This document shows positions 59,695-64,000 of a stretch of 64,000 bases of DNA, one piece after another. Both the position numbers and the translations under genes were made by a program. Each line of letters begins with the position of its first letter. Position 1 is the first letter of the stretch. This DNA is from Callorhinchus milii. Its lineage: Eukaryota. Below the pieces are notes generated by a model. The model was given only the letters and a program-made list of their open reading frames with translations, made no database searches and was not told where the DNA came from. The DNA lies in NCBI RefSeq assembly GCF_018977255.1, contig NW_024704742.1, positions 6,326,001 to 6,390,000 of the forward strand, read 5' to 3'.

Positions 59695-60049
59695 GGAGTC
59701 CTGTAGCTTAGTGGTTAGAGCACTCGCGAGAGGACCTGGGTTCGATTTCCGACAGGGCAAAACCTTTGGTAAGTTTCCTTACTCCACACGCCTCTGTTTA
59801 CCTAGCAGTAAGTCGGAACCCGCTTGTTAGTCGATTAGTGGATCGCTTTTCCAGGGGTAATAATCCCTTCAAAAAAAAAAAAAAAATTTGATACACGACT
59901 GTTTGTGGGACGCTGCTGTGTGCAATTGGCTGCTGTGTTTCGCCCACAAAATATAGTCAATTCACTTTACAGTCTATTCTGTGGAGAGCTTTGAGATGTC
60001 TCGAAGATGTGATAAGGTGCTCTATCAAATGCAAGGATTATTATTATTA
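59695..60049 (+). mobile_element. Full-length young SINE (long form)
   Basis: ggagtcctgtagcttagtggttagagcactcgc...(ATT)n; possible ttacctc TSD. Confidence 0.92.
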
Positions 60050-60239
60050 CCTCCTGCCTGCGCCTCTCTTCCCATTAGTCTCTGATGTGAGGCTGTGCAG
60101 TGAGCGATGGCAAGAAGGATGGAGCGGGTGGTATGACTTGTACCTCCATCAGGTAAGATGAGGTAAGAGGCATCTTGGAGAGCAGGAGTCATTATCTTGC
60201 CGTGATAGAGCATATCTTAATTAATGCTTAAAAAAGAAT

Positions 60240-60600
60240 TTTGATGCAGACAGTCTTGATGAATTTGTGCACTTTCTGGATTTCAAATCACACATTAAGT
60301 GTGAGAAAACTCTCCAGAAAATGCTAAAGTAAATGAGGTAGTAGTATCACTTGGTGGAATGAACATTTCCAAATGTGGAGTATGCTCTTTGTATGTTCTT
60401 AACAGGACCAGTGTGAAGGTGAGCTCTCGTTCTCAAAGAGGAACCTCATCAAAAATTCACTCAGATCTACTATAATGCAAGATAGATTGAATGCACTTGC
60501 AACCGTTCCTATTGAGCATGATTCGACACATTCACTAAGTTTTGATGATGTGTTTGACATGCTTGCAACTATGAAGCCTCGCAAGAAAGTATTTGAAAAA
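60240..60600 (+). pseudogene. hAT transposase C-terminal dimerisation-domain remnant
   Basis: TFPNVEYALCMFLTGPV / CEGELSFSKRNLIKNSLRSTIMQDRLNALATVPIEHD...LSFDDVFDMLATMKPRK, with frameshift and stops. Confidence 0.85.
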
Positions 60601-61094
60601 GGTACCGTTGCATATTTTGTGTGCATAGTTCAATAAGGCCCCCAAATGTGATCTCTTTTAGGGCCCCCCCCGCCCCAAACCCTTAATCTAGGCCAGTTGT
60701 TTGCATTCAGTAGTTGGTGATGGAGGCTGAACGGAAAGCTTTGGACAGGATGACAGGATCCCGTGAGAGCTGTGCTGCAAAAGAGAAATCAAAAAAGAAG
60801 AAGAGGTTGGATTTTTGGCACAAGATCACAACGCAGACCAGTAAATTAGTGCTTTAAGACTGACCCTCATTTTCCTCTCAGCGAATTTCTGCCCAAGAAA
60901 TGAAGTAATGTATGTTGGTGCAATTTCCGTCACTGCGGTTGCGTGCATTTGGAAGCTTCCAGAACGCTGACTGGCTGCTTGCTAATCAGTGCAACATCTA
61001 GTCTCTTCCAAATTTCCATCTGGCTGACCAGCTTGTTTGCTGTCTAAAATTGTGGCACGAGCCAAGTTGCTCACATTAACATTGGATTGTGAGC

Positions 61095-61600
61095 CTGTCT
61101 CAGTTAAGCAGCGCTATCATCTCCGAGTTACGAAGATTGTGGGTTCAAGCCTCACTTTTGGGGAATTTGAGATGATAGACCAGGTTGAGGAATGGCAGCA
61201 TTGTCAGAGATGCTGTCCTCTGGTTGAGACGTTAAAACTGAGGACCCAACTGCCTGTTCGGATAGATATTAAAGATCCCGTGGGCAAAGGGACTTTGAAC
61301 GTTGGGACTTTGCAATGATGTAGTCTAGGCTGACACGTCAGTGTAGAGTGGGGGGGAGCGCAGTGTTGCTGGAGGTGCTGTCCTTTACGTGAGATATTAA
61401 ACTGATGTTGAAGATCCCATGACACTATTTGAAAAGAGAAGTGAGTTTCTCTTGGAGTCCTGGCTCATAATTTCCTCAATAAAATGCTTAATTCGCCTCA
61501 TCGTGATTTGTGGGGCGTTGGTCAACAAAATCCGCTGTCAATACAACTTTACAGTGAATCCTGGAAACTTTAAGACTTTTCAACAACGTGATAAGGCGTT
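61095..61600 (+). mobile_element. Old Deu-domain SINE(s), rearranged or duplicated core
   Basis: Head ttgtgggttcaagcc; gagacgttaaaactgagg...ttaaagatccc and a second tagtctaggctgacacg...gaagatcccatgacactatttgaaaagag. Confidence 0.78.
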
Positions 61601-62057
61601 TCACCTGAAACCAAAGTTACTTAGTAAAGCACCGTGTTGGATTTGACACAAGCAAGAGCTGTTTTGCAAATGATAGTAAATGTTTTGTCAGTCATGGCAA
61701 TTCCTGTTTGAAACAAGGGTTGACAAGTTAGCCAGTGTTAGCAAACTGCGCACGTAGACCCCATGTGACATCGAAAAGGGACTCAGACATGGGTGCACCT
61801 GCCGCAACCAGTGACATAGGCTCCCAGAGTCCAGTTTCACACAGTTGTCTACCCTGATCAGCCATTTTGTAGAAAAACAATAGGGTTCAGGTCTGTCAGC
61901 AGCCACTAAATTTCACGTAATGGAGCTAAGCTTTCTAATCAGCTGTCGATGATCTGCATTCTTTGATGTTTACTAAATAAAGTTCTGGAGCAAGTGTTGC
62001 TAGATTGAATGGGACTCTCCCCCCACTTCCCCCTTCCCCCATCCTCATACGAGTGCA

Positions 62058-62483
62058 CGTGCACACACACACGCAGATACGCACACACAGATACTCACAC
62101 ACACACACAGATATGCACACACAGATACTTACACACACACACACACACACAGATACGCACACACAGATACGCGCACACACACACACGCAGATACGCACAC
62201 ACGCACAAATACGCGCACACACACATACACACACACAGATACGCGCACACACACACACATACACACACACAGAGATACGCACACACACACAGATACGCAC
62301 ACACACACATACACACACACAGATACGTACACACACACAGATACGCACACACACACAGATATGCACACACACACAGATACGCACACACACACAGATACGC
62401 ACACACACAGATACTCACACACACAGATATGCACACACACACAGATACTCACACACACAGATATGCACACACACACACACACA
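62058..62483. repeat. CA-rich minisatellite, unit CAGATA(C/T)(G/T)(CA)n
   Basis: About 20 visible units. Confidence 0.96.
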
Positions 62484-63167
62484 CTTGCTATTGAACAGGC
62501 ATGGTTCCTCTCAAAGTCTAACAAATCAGTCGTCGGTAACTTTGTTCCTTGTTTGGCAGATGTTTCACCTTTATTGAGCTCAGCAGCAATACGGCCTGTC
62601 ACAGCGTTTAATTGCTCAAGTAGAATGGAAATGCAATCACTCAGCTGCTTCTAACAATTTTCTTTTTTTTAAACCAATGCAAAAGAACAGCACAGAACAA
62701 CCTCTGGAATAAAACGGTAAAATTTGACTGTTATCTTCTGTGGTTCAAAGCAGGGTCGTATGAGGCTTCAGGAAACCAATCACTGTTGTGGTTTGAGGTA
62801 CATCCCATACTCTGAAAATAGCAGCAGATAGCGTTGAAGAGATTGTACTGTATTGTGCACAGTTGGCAAGGCCCATTTGTACCAATTAATTTAACCTAGA
62901 GTTCTTGATATTGCCAGATTACAATGTGTAATGGAGCATACAGCGCGCGCACACACACAGACACACACACGCCAGCACAATTTCCATCTAAGCAGGCATG
63001 GCAAATCTAAGGTTGTCCCACATTGCAGTCCTATTTTGAATAGCTTGAAGCCTTGTTGCTGTAATATTGAGGAAATCCTCCTTGTGGCATTAATTGCACT
63101 TTGTAATATTGGGGAGTGTTAGGGCGAATGCAGCACATGTTATCCTCACTGGTTATTATAAGCACTT

Positions 63168-63400
63168 TGTAATAATAATAATCCTTACATTTGATATAGT
63201 GCCTTAATATGTTGTTGCGACGTCTCAAAGCGCTTCAACGAATGTACTGTAAAGTGAACTGACTGTATATTTTGTACACTTCAACCAAACATTGAGTCAA
63301 AGACAGTCAATAATATTAACACTCCTTGAATTTGGCGTAGCGCCCTTATAGCATCTTCAAGACTTCCCAAAGTGCTCCACAGAATATACTGTGAAGTGAA
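63168..63400 (-). mobile_element. Two SINE tail fragments
   Basis: aatccttacatttgatatagtgcc and actccttgaatttggcgtagcgccc. Confidence 0.8.
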
Positions 63401-63695
63401 ACAAAACCAGAAGTCGCTGGGAAAACTCAGCAGGTCAGGCAGCATCTATGGAGGAGGGAAAGCGAGTCAACATTTCGGGTCCACGACTCTTCGTCAGAAC
63501 TGGGGCCGGTTGGTCGTTAGCTTTAGCCCTCTGGACTCAATATCGATTTCAGCCACTTCAGAACATAACAGCTCACCTTCCCACCCACCCCCTCCTCTTT
63601 CTGTTACCAGCAGAGTTATCTTCTGTTATCATTACAATCATTTGGTTGTACAAACCCCCCCTTTTGTTTTACGCCACTATCACCTCTTTATCCCT
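63401..63695 (+). mobile_element. Penelope-like element 3' fragment with inverted pLTR
   Basis: 63401-63502 is an inverted copy of the pLTR seen at 55660; 63521-63568 encodes L*PSGLNIDFSHFRT*, matching the P.GLN end of the PLE GIY-YIG endonuclease. Confidence 0.82.
63465..63501 (-). ncRNA. Minimal type I hammerhead ribozyme-like motif in the Penelope pLTR
   Basis: Minus strand AGUU-CUGACGA-A-GAGUC-GUG-GACCC-GAAA-UGUU-GACU: intact CUGANGA and GAAA boxes, stem II with one mismatch, short stem I. Confidence 0.6.
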
Positions 63696-64000
63696 GGAGT
63701 CCTGTAGCTCAGTGGTTAGAGCACTCGCTTTGCAAGTGAGAGACCTGAGTTCAATTCCAGGCAGAGGGCGAAACCTTGGACAAGTTTCCTTACTCCACAC
63801 AGAGCCTAATAATAATCCCTCCAAAACCAAAAACAATAATAAATTGGTCATTTTCAATCTACGACTGTTTGTGGGACATTGCTGCGCGCAATTGGCTGCC
63901 GCGTTTGCCCACAAATGTACAGTCAATTCACTGTACAGTGTGTTCTGTGAAGCGCTTTGGGATGTCCTCCCGACGTGAAAAGCGCTATATCAAATGCAAG
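63696..64000 (+). mobile_element. Young SINE (short form), runs to window end
   Basis: ggagtcctgtagctcagtggttagagcactcgctttgcaagtgagagacctgagttcaattcc...atcaaatgcaag. Confidence 0.94.

Larger units (their letters stand above)
59586..60699 (+). mobile_element. Decayed, internally deleted hAT transposon with nested SINE
   Basis: Left aagggccttattaacc...cttagggcccaaa and right tagggcccc...cccttaatctaggccag resemble CAGGGCCGGATTA-type TIRs; transposase remnant inside. Confidence 0.65.

Noticed and set aside
61935..62654. Long Cys/Val- or His/Thr-rich ORFs (also 2944-3379 and 3787-4098)
   Set aside because: Translations of CA/TG micro- and minisatellites
63696..63770. tRNA-Ala-like sequences with A/B boxes (also at 4690-4758, 18709, 29532, 30835, 33368, 59695)
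   Set aside because: They lack a matching acceptor-stem 3' end and continue into the same SINE body each time, so they are SINE heads, not tRNA genes
1..64000. Identification of a host gene
   Set aside because: No exon chain with recognisable protein similarity was found on either strand

Overview
Vertebrate non-coding DNA (large intron or gene desert) with no protein-coding gene I can support. The repeat content (tRNA-headed SINEs with L2-type tails, Deu-domain SINEs, CR1 and L2 LINE 3' fragments, Penelope-like fragments) points to a cartilaginous fish, probably a holocephalan. That assignment is inferred from remembered repeat consensus sequences, not from a search. Recognisable content: (1) a young tRNA-Ala-headed SINE in long and internally deleted forms, with a CORE-like segment and a Deu-type 3' segment; (2) an older Deu-domain SINE; (3) many L2 and CR1 fragments, one L2 keeping the YADD RT core; (4) three Penelope-like pLTR fragments with minimal hammerhead-type motifs, two of them at the same nucleotide of SINE tails; (5) two decayed hAT elements that keep only the C-terminal dimerisation-domain coding part; (6) several fold-back MITE-like elements, microsatellites and a ~360-bp direct duplication. 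The ORFs I could interpret come from repeats or microsatellites, and the others are unrecognisable. Repeat boundaries are approximate (typically +/-10-30 bp). No clearly novel system is demonstrable. The best leads are the Penelope/SINE shared junction, the hammerhead motif, the SINE domain mosaic and some unexplained hairpin clusters.
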